Of a stretch of DNA of 64,000 bases, positions 47,721 to 60,577 are shown piece by piece (positions within the stretch are counted from its first letter, which is position 1; every line of letters starts with the position of its first letter). The translations under genes and the position numbers were made by a program. The stretch is from Diadema antillarum (lineage: Eukaryota), in contig NW_027271656.1 of NCBI RefSeq assembly GCF_040938485.1, positions 372,001 through 436,000 on the forward strand. Direction: 5' to 3'. The notes beneath the pieces are model-generated. The model did no database searches. It was not told the DNA's origin and saw only the letters and a program-made list of their open reading frames with translations.

Positions 47721-49428
47721 AAATTAAACATTGGTGATGTGTATGTCATACACATTCATGCACTGAGCCATTTTAGCTCTGAAAGATTTCTTCTACTTGT
47801 GCACCCATATAAAGTGAGAGAGCTACAACTTTGGTTTTCAAAAGAAATAATGACTGGTGTTTAATCTAGCTACACAATTATTTGTCAAATCCAAGGCCAG
47901 TCAAGGCTTTAACAAACAGCAGGAATTAGCCCGCTGTAGTCTCTGACCATTAACTAGCATGAAAGGTCAGTGGCAGTCACGTGAACAGACCCTATGACTG
48001 TGTGACAAAGGACACCACGTGTCATTTCATTGTCTTTTGAACACAATGGGAGAAAAGCATTTGCAGGAGCTTACAATAAAAGGAGAGAGAGAGAGATCAA
48101 TCTCGAGCAGACAGCAAAAACAAACAAAACAAACAAAAATTTAACCCATCCATTGCCAAAGACTCTGGACAGTGTGTACAATGCTATGGGATTTTCTGTG
48201 CCAATCAGCACTGAAAGCACAGGAAAGATTCACAGACGAGGAGGTACATGCACATTCAGGTGTAAGGAAGCTGACTGGTGGCTAGATTACTAAACTTCCT
48301 GACATGTGACATATGTGCATGGTTCTTCCAACTTCTCAGTACCATGTCACAAAGTATCATCAGAGAAACAATAACAAACTGCACTGAGAGTCATACATTT
48401 TCCAACTAACCCAGTACCTAACTGGTAGACAATGTATTATTTTGTACTTCAGCCAACAAGGTAAATCTACATCCTTCAAAACTTTATAAATTTTCCCATC
48501 AATAGCTGAAGTAAAACAGACACAGTACTCACTACAAAAGCCAGTTCAGAGTTGCAGTCTGAGCATGTCCCTACAAAGGCCACTGCAGACCGTCTCTTCT
48601 TTGAAGTCAAACTTAATTCATTCAATATTCTGTATGGCCAACAACATTTTGTTTGTTTGTTTTTTTAACACACACACACACATACAATGTCACATGCATA
48701 TACACTGTATATTGATTTGAAAGAAAAAAATAATAAAATGAATTACGGCCCTTTCAAAGAGGGAGTAAACCACTTGCTACAATTACAGGATATAAATTGC
48801 TATGATGTGAAACAGTGGAAACCATTTCAATCATGATATGGATAGAAGCTTCTTTACTCAGCATAGATACTGGTATGTGAATCATGCAATGGCATTATCA
48901 TATCTTCATTACTTACACACCCAAAGGCATTTATTGGGTGTGTACGTAACTCCTGCCCACAAAAAGAAAAATAAAATCAAAGGAAACGAACACAAATTAT
49001 CTCTCATACTTGCAATTTCTTTTGATATTGAATGCCAGGTTGATGTCAACATGAAACCCATGCCATACTTAGAAACCAAACCTTCAGCGCAGAATCTAGA
49101 AACAAGACAATGTCCACGGCACTGCTAACATACTGTAAAGCGAGGAGACACACTAATCCCCACTGCTCATTTGTTAATTTTCTTAATCTTTGCTCCTTTT
49201 CCATAAAAATCCACTTCAAGTTCTTCCAAAAATGTAACAGACTCACGGCATGAAGAAACCCAAACCAAAGTATTGCTTGACTGTTGATTTGAGAGGCCAG
49301 CTAGATAGATAGAGAAATATAAAATAGAGTGATAAATACATGTCGATCTAGATACACATGATAGATCTGTGTCATATACCCTATATAAAAATGATATATG
49401 ATCCCTCTTTAATAGGAAAGAGACTTAC

Positions 49429-49561
49429 GCTGAGCAGCCAGTGCGGTTGCAGTATGACCCAGCGTAGCACGGCTGACACTCTGTCTCACCAGAGAACCAC
49501 TGGAAGTAACCTATTGGGCAGCTAGTGCAGTTCACATCCCCTGGCATACTGCTGACTTTAC
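49429..49561 (-). CDS. Cys-rich membrane protein coding exon 5
   Basis: gagacag|GTA...GC|gtaagt. Encodes GKVSSMPGDVNCTSCPIGYFQWFSGETECQPCYAGSYCNRTGCS. Confidence 0.92.
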
Positions 49562-49639
49562 CTGTCTCAGACACACATACAATGAAAATACATGAGATCA
49601 GGAACACGCATGAATCGAATAATAATAATAATCATAATA

Positions 49640-49827
49640 CAGAGGGAACTCAGTATAACAAGATCCTGGGGACCAAGACAATTTATTCTTTCTATCAGAT
49701 ATTTTGTTATACCAGTTGTCAATAGTCAATACAATACAAAGGAAATACATTTATTGAAACAAGAAATTAGTTTATATCAGGTATTTTGTTATATCAGATA
49801 GAATCACTTTATACCAAGTTTCTACTG
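49640..49827. mobile_element. Tc1/pogo-type MITE (TA TSD)
   Basis: ta|CAGAGGGAACTCAGTATAA ... TTATACCAAGTTTCTACTG|ta. Confidence 0.6.
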
Positions 49828-50301
49828 TACTGCATTTATAAAGCACATAATCAACACATGCTTCTCTATGCACTGTACAATTCAGAATATATATTTTGCT
49901 TACATACTATGTACAGTAGGTAAATTGTAGACAAAAGGGTCCATATTCACGAAGGTGGTTTATATCAAGTCCATGGTTTATCAAATGCAAATTCTGTGTG
50001 CGTAAATGCGTTTGAGAGATTGCACATGCCAAAAGATATCTAATACCTAGTAATAAACATGTGAAAGGTACGCTTACTTCACACTTATTTTAGTCCATGG
50101 ATTGAATCTAAACCATCTGATCATTTTACTTTTAAACCATCTTTGTTGTGAATACAAGCCAAAGAGTTGTGAATGTCAAAAATTCATGATCATGAACATT
50201 TAATTGACTTACTTAAGAATTCTGATGCTTTCAAAATGTCATCCTTACATGCTGAAGGATAATCACAACAAAAAGCCTACATACCATGAAAAGATAATCT
50301 G

Positions 50302-50424
50302 GGCCCTGTTTTATGAAGATTATAATTGATTATATAGTTGATTTCTGTCATATTTCTATGGCAACCTGTATGGTAAGGGAATTTACAATTGATTATTCTA
50401 AATATCGCTTGATAAAACGGGGCC
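50302..50424. mobile_element. Short MITE with GGCCC TIRs and CTG TSD
   Basis: ctg|GGCCCTGTTTTATGAAG ... CTTGATAAAACGGGGCC|ctg (15/17 TIR match). Confidence 0.7.
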
Positions 50425-53400
50425 CTGGACTTATAACACTCAAGTTACTCAGCATTCCTTGATAACCAGTGACAGAAGAGTATTACTTATGTTAAACAAA
50501 TAATTTTTTTGTTACTTAAATCTGAGTAAAACAAAATCATGCAATACATGCACTGTGTATCTGTAATTCCTCACTATTCAAAAAAGTATATGCACCCACC
50601 ATAACAAGATATTTTCATATTGACCTAAAACCAAAGACAATTAGGTGTCCCCCCCCCCCCCCCCCAACACACACACACAAAAAGATCTGTTTAAAATAAA
50701 AATTAACATTTTCATACAGTCATATTCGGACTATGTACATTAAAAGAAAGAGACGAGTATGCAACTGTTGTATAGAAATACAAGTTACTATCATGGTAAC
50801 ACTATCAGCATTGACCAGTAGACCAATGCCCTCATGTTGATACTCTTAACCCTTGTGACATGAAAAATGTATCTACGAATGCATACTTAGTACAAGTACA
50901 AGGGCTTTAACCACAGCAATGTTTATACCCTGGTGTCATAGAAATCATATAGACTACAGCACAAAATTTTGTCAGCAATAAAGAGCAATGAAACTGTTTA
51001 CACAGTTTGATCAATACACAGCAATAATTCTGAATTGGCCAAGTTTGGTACCTTGGACTTTCCACAGTGGATAATGAACTTGAAATTTCACTGCAGTTTT
51101 TTTCTTATTTTGTTTGTGCTCATGAAGTGGTATCTTTTTTTCTCCTTCATGCTGTAACTACAGTACCATATCGACGTGACAGGTTTTCACAAAATAAGTT
51201 TTATCTATTAGTCATGTTTGTGAATAATAAATATCTTGATACTAGACCTTCCAAAAGAATGGTTTGCTTGTAAACAAACAGTAAGAAAAAAATGGGGGAT
51301 GTATTCCCAAGGAAATACTTCAAGGAATGAACATTTCTTCGAATTCTATGCTTAAGACACATTTTATAATGAAAAAAGAAACACTCTGTTTTGATCAACC
51401 AGAGATCGAAACTCACATATGTAATGACTGTTCGATACACTGTCTTCTTCATTTCCGTTCTCTCTACCTGCATTATATTTCTACATCAATTTCACCCATA
51501 AAGTTACTTGCTCATCAAATCTATATTTGGCTGAGGAAAAAAAATATCTTAAGGCTGTTTTGTAAGATCAATTTAATCATCCACATTTCAATAATGCCTA
51601 GTGATGTTCCAAACAAGGAATTAACTGTTTCACCACAATATTTCTTTGTCCTGTTTTGGGTCCTGTTTGTTTTTTCCACAATGGTGTTGATTTTCTGTAA
51701 TGCTGGTATTTGTGGATTTGATCTCAGCATATTTTTTATAAATGTTACATTAAAAATAAGTTTCAACAATTTTTAAAATGTTTTGGATATAATACAAACT
51801 TACAACCTTCCAGTAAATTCTTTGAAATGACTTGGTCAAAAGTCAAGACATAACAAGTGAGGATACCTACATCTTTCATAACCATCAGGAACTGAGTGTA
51901 CAAATATGTCAAATTGAAAAAAAAAAAATGTGTTAAGTTCACAGTTTAGAAAACTGAAATTAGAATTATGTGTATTTACCTTTTTTTCATGACAGAAATA
52001 TATGGTGCTGCAAATTTGCTTCATATACAACTATCATAAAATCCCAAGTCAACCATTCAGTCCTTCATCAATACACTTGTATGTAACCTGTTCAAGAAGA
52101 TGTGACCCCAACAGTTTGTGGGTTATCAATGCTTACAATTTTTATTTCATTCCACCATAATAGTGAGCACAGATATGCTTGAAGGTCACTGTGTTTAGAC
52201 CTGTCTTGTTACTTGCTTTGAGAAGAGTGGCCTGAGACTCATAAAAATGGTGTCAGTTCCAGGTATCCTTGATGACGATCGGGGATTCTCACAATATATG
52301 CTACAATTGTACAGTAGTCTCTCCATTTTGGAGAAAAAAAAAAATCTTCGTGGAAATTCTTTTCATGTGTGCTGTGGGGTCATGCTGGCAATACATTTGG
52401 GTTGAGATTATTTTGCCAGTCTTCATAGGGAATTTTACCTGAAATATCATCTGAATTCAGTGCATGCACATAAACTCGTTTTTAAGGCACAAGTTATGTT
52501 TGAGAAAATTTAGAAAAGGCATTCTGAAAGAGGTAAGTGAAGCGATCTTTCATTATGCTAGCAAGATAGAAACAACTGGAACCCTCTTAATATATAATTT
52601 TTATACATGTATAGTTCGACTGCTAAGAAATCACAAATTGCTGAAGTCTTCTAGTCTAGTGACGGCAGCACATGGGTTTATCAAAACAAACAACTATTCA
52701 TAAATTTTGTAACAACTGCTTATTTTCCTCTGACTTCCCTGATGTGTTTGACTATTATTTCTGCATGAACTGAATCCACATTTAAATGTTTGTGATAAAT
52801 TTCCAAAAAATCATACAGAAATCACAGAATATATGGCAAAATGCGACAGAAATCATAAATATAAGTATAGTCACCCATTAAATCTAGTATTGGTGAGGAC
52901 CTTGCAGAAACAAATACACACAGAGATGTCATTACACCAATACACACAATGTAAAATTGCATATCAATGATAACTAAAAGAGTAGCAGAGAAGAAGGAGA
53001 GATACAGATAACAAACAAACAAAAGTGGAATGAGTTCATTAAGTATTCTCATCTGCACAAGGCTCTCTAGACAAACAGCCTTTGTCTTGTGTTACGTCAC
53101 TTCACACAAATGTCATTTAAAGAGAACATATCGCAAAGTCAGGAAATTCATCAATTACTAATAAACATCGATGTATGATTATTAAGAGCAATTTTGTCAA
53201 AACCTTCCTGATACTGAATGATGGAGTAGTTTGGGAATTTCATGTTACAATTGCAAGTGAGACAGTAACAACTTATAAAAGGATATGAATTTGACATTTG
53301 TTTTGACAGAGATTTGTACACTAATCACACACATTTTGATTCCTTATTCCTTAGTTGGGATGTAATTTCATGGCATGGGATCAAGCAAACAATATAAAAA

Positions 53401-53689
53401 TGAAATGCAGAAACTACAGCACTGTGCATCGACTAATTCCCCTTTCAAGATCCAATGCACTGCACAGGAAAATTACACCAGTGACACACACAAAAAAAGT
53501 TAAAGCATACGACATAAGAAGTCAAACTTGGCTCAACTTGATCACATGAGTGTCATACGAGTTCACTTCAAGAAAGGACATATAAGTAAGCCTACACTCA
53601 TGCAAACATGTACACTCACACACACACACACAACGAACCTCAAGAGATAAACATCTCACAAGGCTAGTTCATTACATGTATAACCTCAC

Positions 53690-53796
53690 CTGGTGGACAC
53701 GGAGTGCAGTATTTGCTGCCAGACACATTGGCAAATGTTCCTGCCTCACATTCGGTACACTGGGGACTTCCTGGCACACTGCAGGAAGAGGAACCA
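53690..53796 (-). CDS. Cys-rich membrane protein coding exon 4
   Basis: atgccag|TGG...CAG|gtgagg, phase 2 to 1. Encodes SGSSSCSVPGSPQCTECEAGTFANVSGSKYCTPCPP. Confidence 0.9.
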
Positions 53797-55051
53797 CTGG
53801 CATTTATACAAAATATACAGAATATGACATGGAATACCACTAAATGGTATAATCAATGGGGCCATTACTCATTTATCATACAGAAAGACATAGTAGACTT
53901 TTTGTTTTGTTTTGTTTCATGGGTTGTGAATTCTTTGTTCTTGTGGGGGGGGGGTTCTTTACTGGTATTTGTTTGTTTGTTTGCTATTTTGGTTGTGTGT
54001 GCAACCAATTTTGTTTCATGCAAAAATATTCTGAAATTCCTCTTGAATGTGTACATGACAACCCAGGTTCAAATCAGCAATAGGTAAAAGAAATTGTACA
54101 TGACTCAAAACAGAGACTGATAAGTCACTAATTAATATCATAATTCATATCTTCACGTAGCTCTAACTCATCATAACCTTTTCTCTTTCTATAGAGCATT
54201 TGGCCTTTATAAAACCAAGAAGAAATATGCAGATGACCTTTGATTGAATCAGAGCCAAACATGATGACATTATGTGTTTTGCTTGTGCCTTTCCTACCCT
54301 GCAAGAGTCAACAAAGAAAGCCCTCGGTGCGTAGCACTCTTGTGAGCTTAAAAGGTAACTTCAAACTTTGACAGTTTCGCTGTGGTATCACTCGAGAGTA
54401 TGAAAGTAACTTAATTGTAACTACCTCTTAAAGGGCAGTACACACAGTAATTACTCTGTACCTACAATGTAAAGTGTCAAAAGGCATCCCAGCAGAACAA
54501 TACTTAGCTGCATTACTAGATAGAAAACTAACAGTTTTTATGTCGCATCAACTTGTTACGACCTTGAGTGAACAATCAGGCTATTATTGCCTCTGTCATA
54601 AGCAAACACTTGAATTTGTCTTTATTACCTCATATTGTATCTTAATATGAATTGGCTGTGTGAATTCTGGAGCTTGAGATCTCTAAAATTTAAACAGTTA
54701 GGAGCCTTGACAGTCACCTGTACCACTTAAGTCAGTTTTGCAGCTGTCACCCTTGAAAATGATTCCTGCCGCAGTCAGTCAAATGACCACTTTTCTGATA
54801 TTGATAGGCAATGCGTTCAAATTAAATGATTTTATATCGCTTGTGTTCAATAGTTTATTTCTACTTCAAAGGTGGAGATAACCTAATTCAGACAAAAACT
54901 GTCATTGTCCATAGTAATGAATATGGAATTATATAACCAGTAGACAGCAAAACAAAGCAGGGATGCTATTCCTTGTCAGACATTTCCTCCTTGCTTGCTG
55001 GGATATCAGTGTACAATTGTTGACAGCTCTTCTTGGCGTAAATCCACTTAC

Positions 55052-55445
55052 CTACTGGCCGACCCTGGCTGGCAAAGCTCACACCCGGTCGCTGCTAAGT
55101 CCGGCTGACTCTGACCAACTGGACACTTTGTGCAGTTGTGGCTACCCGTGTGGTTGGAGAAGCTTCCACGGGGGCAAGTGAAGCACTTTGAGAGGCCCGT
55201 CTTGTTAGAGAAAAAGCCCTCTTCGCAAATGTCGCAGGTGGCGTTACCCTCCCCGGGCTGGGCATACCCCTTGGGACATGGCGTGCAGCTCATGGCTGAT
55301 GTGGTATTTGAAAATGAACCTTTTGGACACAAGAGGCACTCCGTTTGGCCGGATTCAGGCTGGTACTCGCCTTCACCGCATTGTATACAGAGTTCTTCAT
55401 TTGTACAGGAACCACTCTTGTCACAGCACGCACAGTCTTTCTCAC
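55052..55445 (-). CDS. Cys-rich membrane protein coding exon 3
   Basis: tattcag|GTG...AG|gtaagt. Contains tandem 17-aa units such as CIQCGEGEYQPESGQTE, CLLCPKGSFSNTTSAMS and CTPCPKG. Confidence 0.93.
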
Positions 55446-56890
55446 CTGAATAGTACCATGAGCATGCAAAAAAATACAAACATATTTTTTTTCTTTTAAA
55501 TTGAGAAAAGACCTTGGACAATACCTACTCATAACAGCTGTATAAATTCACTTATATATCAATGACACATATATACAAGTGTATCATTTCATCATCAACT
55601 CCAAATTTTGAAATTCCACCAAGTATTTTCATATACCGTATAGAATTCACTCATGACAATATCTTATAGTAGTGCTGTAAACAAACAAACTGCCTCGCTA
55701 CTGTACATTGCCTTTTGATTTGATTTGTATTCAAATGTGAACTTTGCCAGGGCTGTTTGATGAACTCCGCCTCCAAAACTGATAATGCTTGGGTCCTCAC
55801 ATACCCAACACTGCATGAGTAATATTCCATGGGCCATACTAATCCTAAAAGCACCATGGTGTTTACACAGCACCCTGTGCACACCCTCTACCAACCAGAG
55901 TACTGTAACATTTGAGGCCAAAGGCCAAGAGTCCTCGAACTCAATCTCAGCTGTGATACAATTGTACAATGATTCACTGGCCACTTATGACATGATTTTG
56001 TACCCAATTCACGATTACACAATGGCAATATTAGCAAAGTCAAGAATAAAGTTGCATATTTTTTTTCTTGAACACAGGTGAAACCATTGGCTGAAGATGT
56101 TTTTTTTTCCTCTCCTTGAGCACATCGATGATTGCCACCTGTGGCATTCTAAAATGCACTTTCACCAGTATCTTTTAGCACATTAATTTACTGGTGCAAA
56201 GAAGACATAATTCATACAACCATGACATACAGCACTTGACTGCCTGTAGCACACAATGCACTGTTGAGAATCCATATTCCATATGACTTATCAGGTTAAC
56301 CTTGGTTGGGCATGGCCCAGGGCTATTAAAATTTGCTGTCGGGCCACCAAACTTTACTGATCATACCTTTTGGTGGCCTGATCAGGCAACTAAGATTCAA
56401 TGGAGTGAGTCCCAGTTTTCCAAAAATATACATTTCAATGGAATCGATGAATTCTTGGAATTCTTTTTTGCTGGCAAACTTTAAACAGTAATTTGGTCAT
56501 AGTAAGCTACATTTGTATATCCCCCTCCTCAAAAGAAAGTAAAATGATTTAACAGAAAAATATATCGTTGCTGGGGCGACAAGACCTCGTATCTACAAAA
56601 TGTCAAATGTTCAGGAGAGCCCAAAAACATGGCGGCCAGAGCACTGTGGCGAATGGGATAGCCTTTCGTTCGGACACGCCGTGGTAGCTTCATTTTTGGA
56701 GTAAGACAGTTCGGATTTGGACAGGACATCACTTAACCTATTATTTGACCATTAATCCAAAGAAGTCATTTTCACCAAAATTGCAGATACAATGTCTTGT
56801 CACCCCAGTGGCAATAATGTATGTGGCATGACACAAGTGCATGCCAATTTCTGATTTGACTGCTGCACCTGTACAACAATAAGTACTCAC

Positions 56891-57064
56891 CTAAATTGGC
56901 AACACTCCCAGGATCACAGGCAGAACACTCCTGGGTGAAAGAAGAACAGTTGAATTCCAATACCAGGGAGCCATCGGGTAGGAGGCTGCCAGAATTGTGG
57001 ATGCTTCTCCTCAGTCGAGCCTCTGTGAACCACGACGTCCAAGACAGTGACCAAGAAGATCCAA
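56891..57064 (-). CDS. Cys-rich membrane protein coding exon 2
   Basis: gtcaccag|TTG...TAG|gtgagt. Encodes VGSSWSLSWTSWFTEARLRRSIHNSG...CSACDPGSVANL. Confidence 0.85.
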
Positions 57065-57149
57065 CTGGTGACAAAAATTCAGGGACATATCAAGCAAAGA
57101 GAAACTTCTTGAACACATAACATTGGTGGAGATGAGGATTAAGCTTTTG

Positions 57150-57440
57150 ACTCTTTGCGAGATACCAAGAAACCAATGTGAAATGTTACAGAGCATACCA
57201 ATCTAAGAGGAATTCAAAATTTATTTGATGAAAACTGGTTTTGAAATGGCCGAGATATCCAAAAACAAAGTAAACCACATTGATACTATTACTAATAAAA
57301 GGTGGGTCCCACCTTTTACAATGTTTTAGTATCAGTTTGTTTTGGATATATCTCAACCATTCCAAAACCAATTGCCATCAAATAAATGTTGAATTCCTCT
57401 TGGAATTACACGCTTCTTCATATATAATGAGACATTTCAC
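57150..57440. mobile_element. Internal palindromic fragment of the Kolobok-like family seen at 5985-6366
   Basis: Shared sequence tttgatgaaaa..ggtttt..aaatg..gagatatccaaaaa..aataaaagg..cctttt. Confidence 0.6.
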
Positions 57441-57480
57441 ATTATCTCACACAAAAAAAAAGAGTATTTTCTTAGTTTAA

Positions 57481-57565
57481 CCCATTGAGGATGGAATGAT
57501 TTTGCTACAACACGCATTTCCCATAGACACCTGCCCGAGTATATTCGGGACTCGTTTTCAACGGG
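57481..57565. mobile_element. 85-bp piggyBac-type MITE, copy 3
   Basis: ttaa|CCCATTGAGG ... TTCAACGGG|ttaa. Confidence 0.85.
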
Positions 57566-58106
57566 TTAATGGATGTAGGCAAAGTTTGCATTTGAAAATG
57601 GATTCACAAGTACAATTGTAGGTCTCCATTGAAACAGAAATCTTCACAGTGGAAACTTGTTTGCACGCATAAAAACAAGAAGTATTCATGGGTGGTAAAC
57701 ATCCCTCATAGAAAGTGATACAGATCACTTGATCTTATTAAGGAAATACTTCATTACTAGTTTACATTACATTCAGGCTAGACCATACTGATTGTGACAA
57801 GTGTGTAGCAAAGTTTCTAAGAAGTGAAAGAGCCTACACGGAGACCACTGTAGGACAGAAACTTGCCTATAGAACCTCGACCTTATTGCTACACAATCAG
57901 AGTCAAACTTGAAATTGTAACAACACTTCATTATCTAATTTCCTTTCTTTTTGCTTCTAGACATAGTTTATTTAAACCTACATTATGTATGTATGTAACA
58001 TACGGTGTACTTTTGTACTTGATATGACTACAATGGAAACAATGGAACATATATCAATACTATGTAGAAAGGATGAAGCGAAGATAGACAGGATTAATTT
58101 CATTAC

Positions 58107-58197
58107 CTAGCATCAGCAGGAGGGCAGTCTTCAAGATCATCTTGTACCAAGCTCCACTGTACACATGATATCCACTATCCTTCCACTCCTCAGCCAT
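58107..58197 (-). CDS. Cys-rich membrane protein coding exon 1 (MAEEWKDSGYHVYSGAWYKMILKTALLLML)
   Basis: Exon acceptor at 58256-58258 (ttccacag). An in-frame upstream TGA fixes the start. Donor TAG|gtaatg, phase 1. A second ATG at 58140 begins a typical signal peptide. Confidence 0.75.
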
Positions 58198-59356
58198 ATT
58201 GCGGCATCCTACACACAGCTTTCCTCACAACTGACATGCGGAGTTAACACGATCACTGTGGAACGATGTGGTAAATAAAACAACAACAAAAAATCATATG
58301 TCAATATCAAATGCCAACATACATAAAATTTATTCAGGTGCAGTATGGCCCCCAATTAGGCATATCCTCACTGGTCCATGTATTTTGACTGTCCAGTAGA
58401 CATCTTCTATTGCAGTCTGAAAACTGGTAAATGACACTAAAAACGTCCTGACACAGCGCAATACACTGTAAGTCCCTTTTGCAGTGGGTTGTGAGCAGAA
58501 GCTTCTGCAGCTAACTCTAGAGGCATTCTAGGGATTCAATATAAACGTAAAATTTGAAGTTACTGCTTGGAAAACTTGCGTGTTTCTGACTCAACCAGGT
58601 CTGGGTGAAAAAAAAAAAATGTTTGTGTATTCAAATCAGTACAATCTACATCCTGTGAATTAATTCCGAGAAAGCATATTTTTTTTTGACATGGACATTC
58701 TTAGATTTATCTTATGAACTCACATCATGTATACATACAGAACATGGGTAGTTTGCTGAGATACAGTAAAACTACACACACAAGCTGTGAGCTCAAAATA
58801 AACAGAGGGTATTGTATGGTATGGACAGCTCAATTGAAATCTAAAGCTCTACAAAGGTGATGTCATAGATACATGTACATGACTAGACAGTACACAAGGC
58901 CTCACAATACCTGTACTGTAAGTAAGTCATACCAATGAGTGGCACAAAAAAATATATTGCATGGTGTGCGACAGCACTGAATATTTGCAACACTCGTTAC
59001 ATCACTGGTGACACATCTAGGGCATTGGGGTACTACATGTATTTTTTTTTTGTAACTTCACTGCACCACTGAATTTATGAGGCGATGCGTCAGGTGATGT
59101 TAAACAATTTCCTTATTACGTGGAAAACTCCTTTTGTAATGCCAGAACTTCCAGTTTCAGAGTACTTTCTCGCCTGGCTTTTTCTGTTTTATCATACTAT
59201 ATCATATTACATTATTATATTAATGATGACTGTCTTTAATGAGTTGGAGGTGACATAAAATGATGTCAAGAATCAAACTCAATGCTATTGTGAAATTCGC
59301 TTTGTGTTTGCTCTGTGTTGTACAGCGACTGGGCTGTGTATAGAGGTACAACGTAC

Positions 59357-59442
59357 CTCCTTGATTTTCCTAGTGAGAGAATGGAGGAGGGCGTGTGAGC
59401 ATGAGATGAGGTGCCGAGGCATGCTGCGGCGGAGCCATGAGA
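59357..59442 (-). promoter_or_regulatory. Probable 5'UTR exon of the Cys-rich gene, carrying uORFs
   Basis: GC-rich island with donor GAG|gtacgt at 59356. The acceptor (tttaaag) is weak, so it may instead be an alternative first exon. Confidence 0.45.
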
Positions 59443-60577
59443 CTTTAAATTGTTACTAGGTCCGAGTATATAAACTACTAGTACTAGATAAAAAAATCTG
59501 TCTGTCCGTCCGGAGGGGTCATTTTATATTATTGTTGACTTTACAGCTTCTCCGTATTAGGAAGGGATTTCGCGAAGCCAGATGCAGTCTCCACAGAACA
59601 TATCCCTGACGACCACATACAGACCGATTTTTCAGTCAAATAAACTAGATCTACCTGTGATTTCAGTGCAATTCTTTGGTGCAGTGAAATTTGACTTCTC
59701 TAGACAGTAGACCATTCTAATTAATGATATAAAATTAACTAACAAGTTAGAGGGGTCTAGTCTTGCTAAAAGTAAAACCAGATTCTGCATGGTATGTTGA
59801 TATGACAGACAGAAAGGAGGTTCTATAAAGTTACCACAACTACCCGTCTATGATACTCAATTACTACGTAAATTCACTGTTTCTATTTTTCTATTCTACA
59901 TGTTCTAACTTAAAACTGTTAAATACTAGTAGTAGGTAGGTCGTGTAGTACTAACCACGTTAGTAGAAATTTTCTATATCACCTGGCAACAGTACACATT
60001 TGTGATCACAAAGTTTTACATCAAGAGAGTTTGATCCGTGAAGAATGTGCTATTAAATTTATAGGCAACATATTGAATAGCGCTGTATGTTCACTCCTGG
60101 ATTAAAAACTACCTTTACCTTCGTATGTATGAAACTGTAGCCTAGCTACTTTATCAAATGTGTACTTTGGTATACAGTACAGATCGAGCATGCATATCAT
60201 GCACATACATTTATCTATATGCGTGGAAATGAGTGTTTATACAGAGATGACAGCGGCACATGACTAGATGAGAGGGTGTGCAGTGGGCAGTATCCCTCAG
60301 TCGACTGCGTACTGACTGTGGTACCGACCCGGCCCACCCAGTCGGCCTGCTGGTTATGGTCCGACCAACCCCGTAGAGCTTTGCAGAGGAAAAGTCGCAG
60401 CGCCGTTCGCGCTATGCTACCACCTAAAACGACTTACCACCATGTCCATGGCGCAGTTGTTCGGGTTTTTTTCCCCCGTTAGATTAATAAATCACAGTTA
60501 AGATTGTAGAAATGCGGTGACTTTCTGTTCCTTCCCGTATGAGGTGTACGGCTTGTTGAGCAGCAGAAAAGCGTTAC

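Larger units (their letters stand above)
44011..58197 (-). other. Uncharacterised cysteine-rich type I membrane glycoprotein gene (8 coding exons, 1386-nt CDS, about 461 aa; GCC2/GCC3 or ephrin-receptor-like CxxCxxG repeats)
   Basis: Eight GT-AG exons join in frame to give a signal peptide, about 16 CxxCxxG units (47 ectodomain Cys, 10 N-glycosylation sequons), a TM helix and a 36-aa tail ending YQGF-stop. Confidence 0.9.

Noticed and set aside
51803-51892. Possible extra exon of the Cys-rich gene (cactcag|TTCCTGATGG...AG|gtatcc or ...GGTT|gtaagt)
   Set aside because: The flanking exons already join in phase 1. The short version ends in phase 2 and the long version has an in-frame TGA. It has no Cys-repeat character. 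At most it is a poison exon.
55664-55984. 106-aa minus-strand ORF inside intron 2 of the Cys-rich gene
   Set aside because: No good phase-1 donor, no repeat motif, and no recognisable homology.
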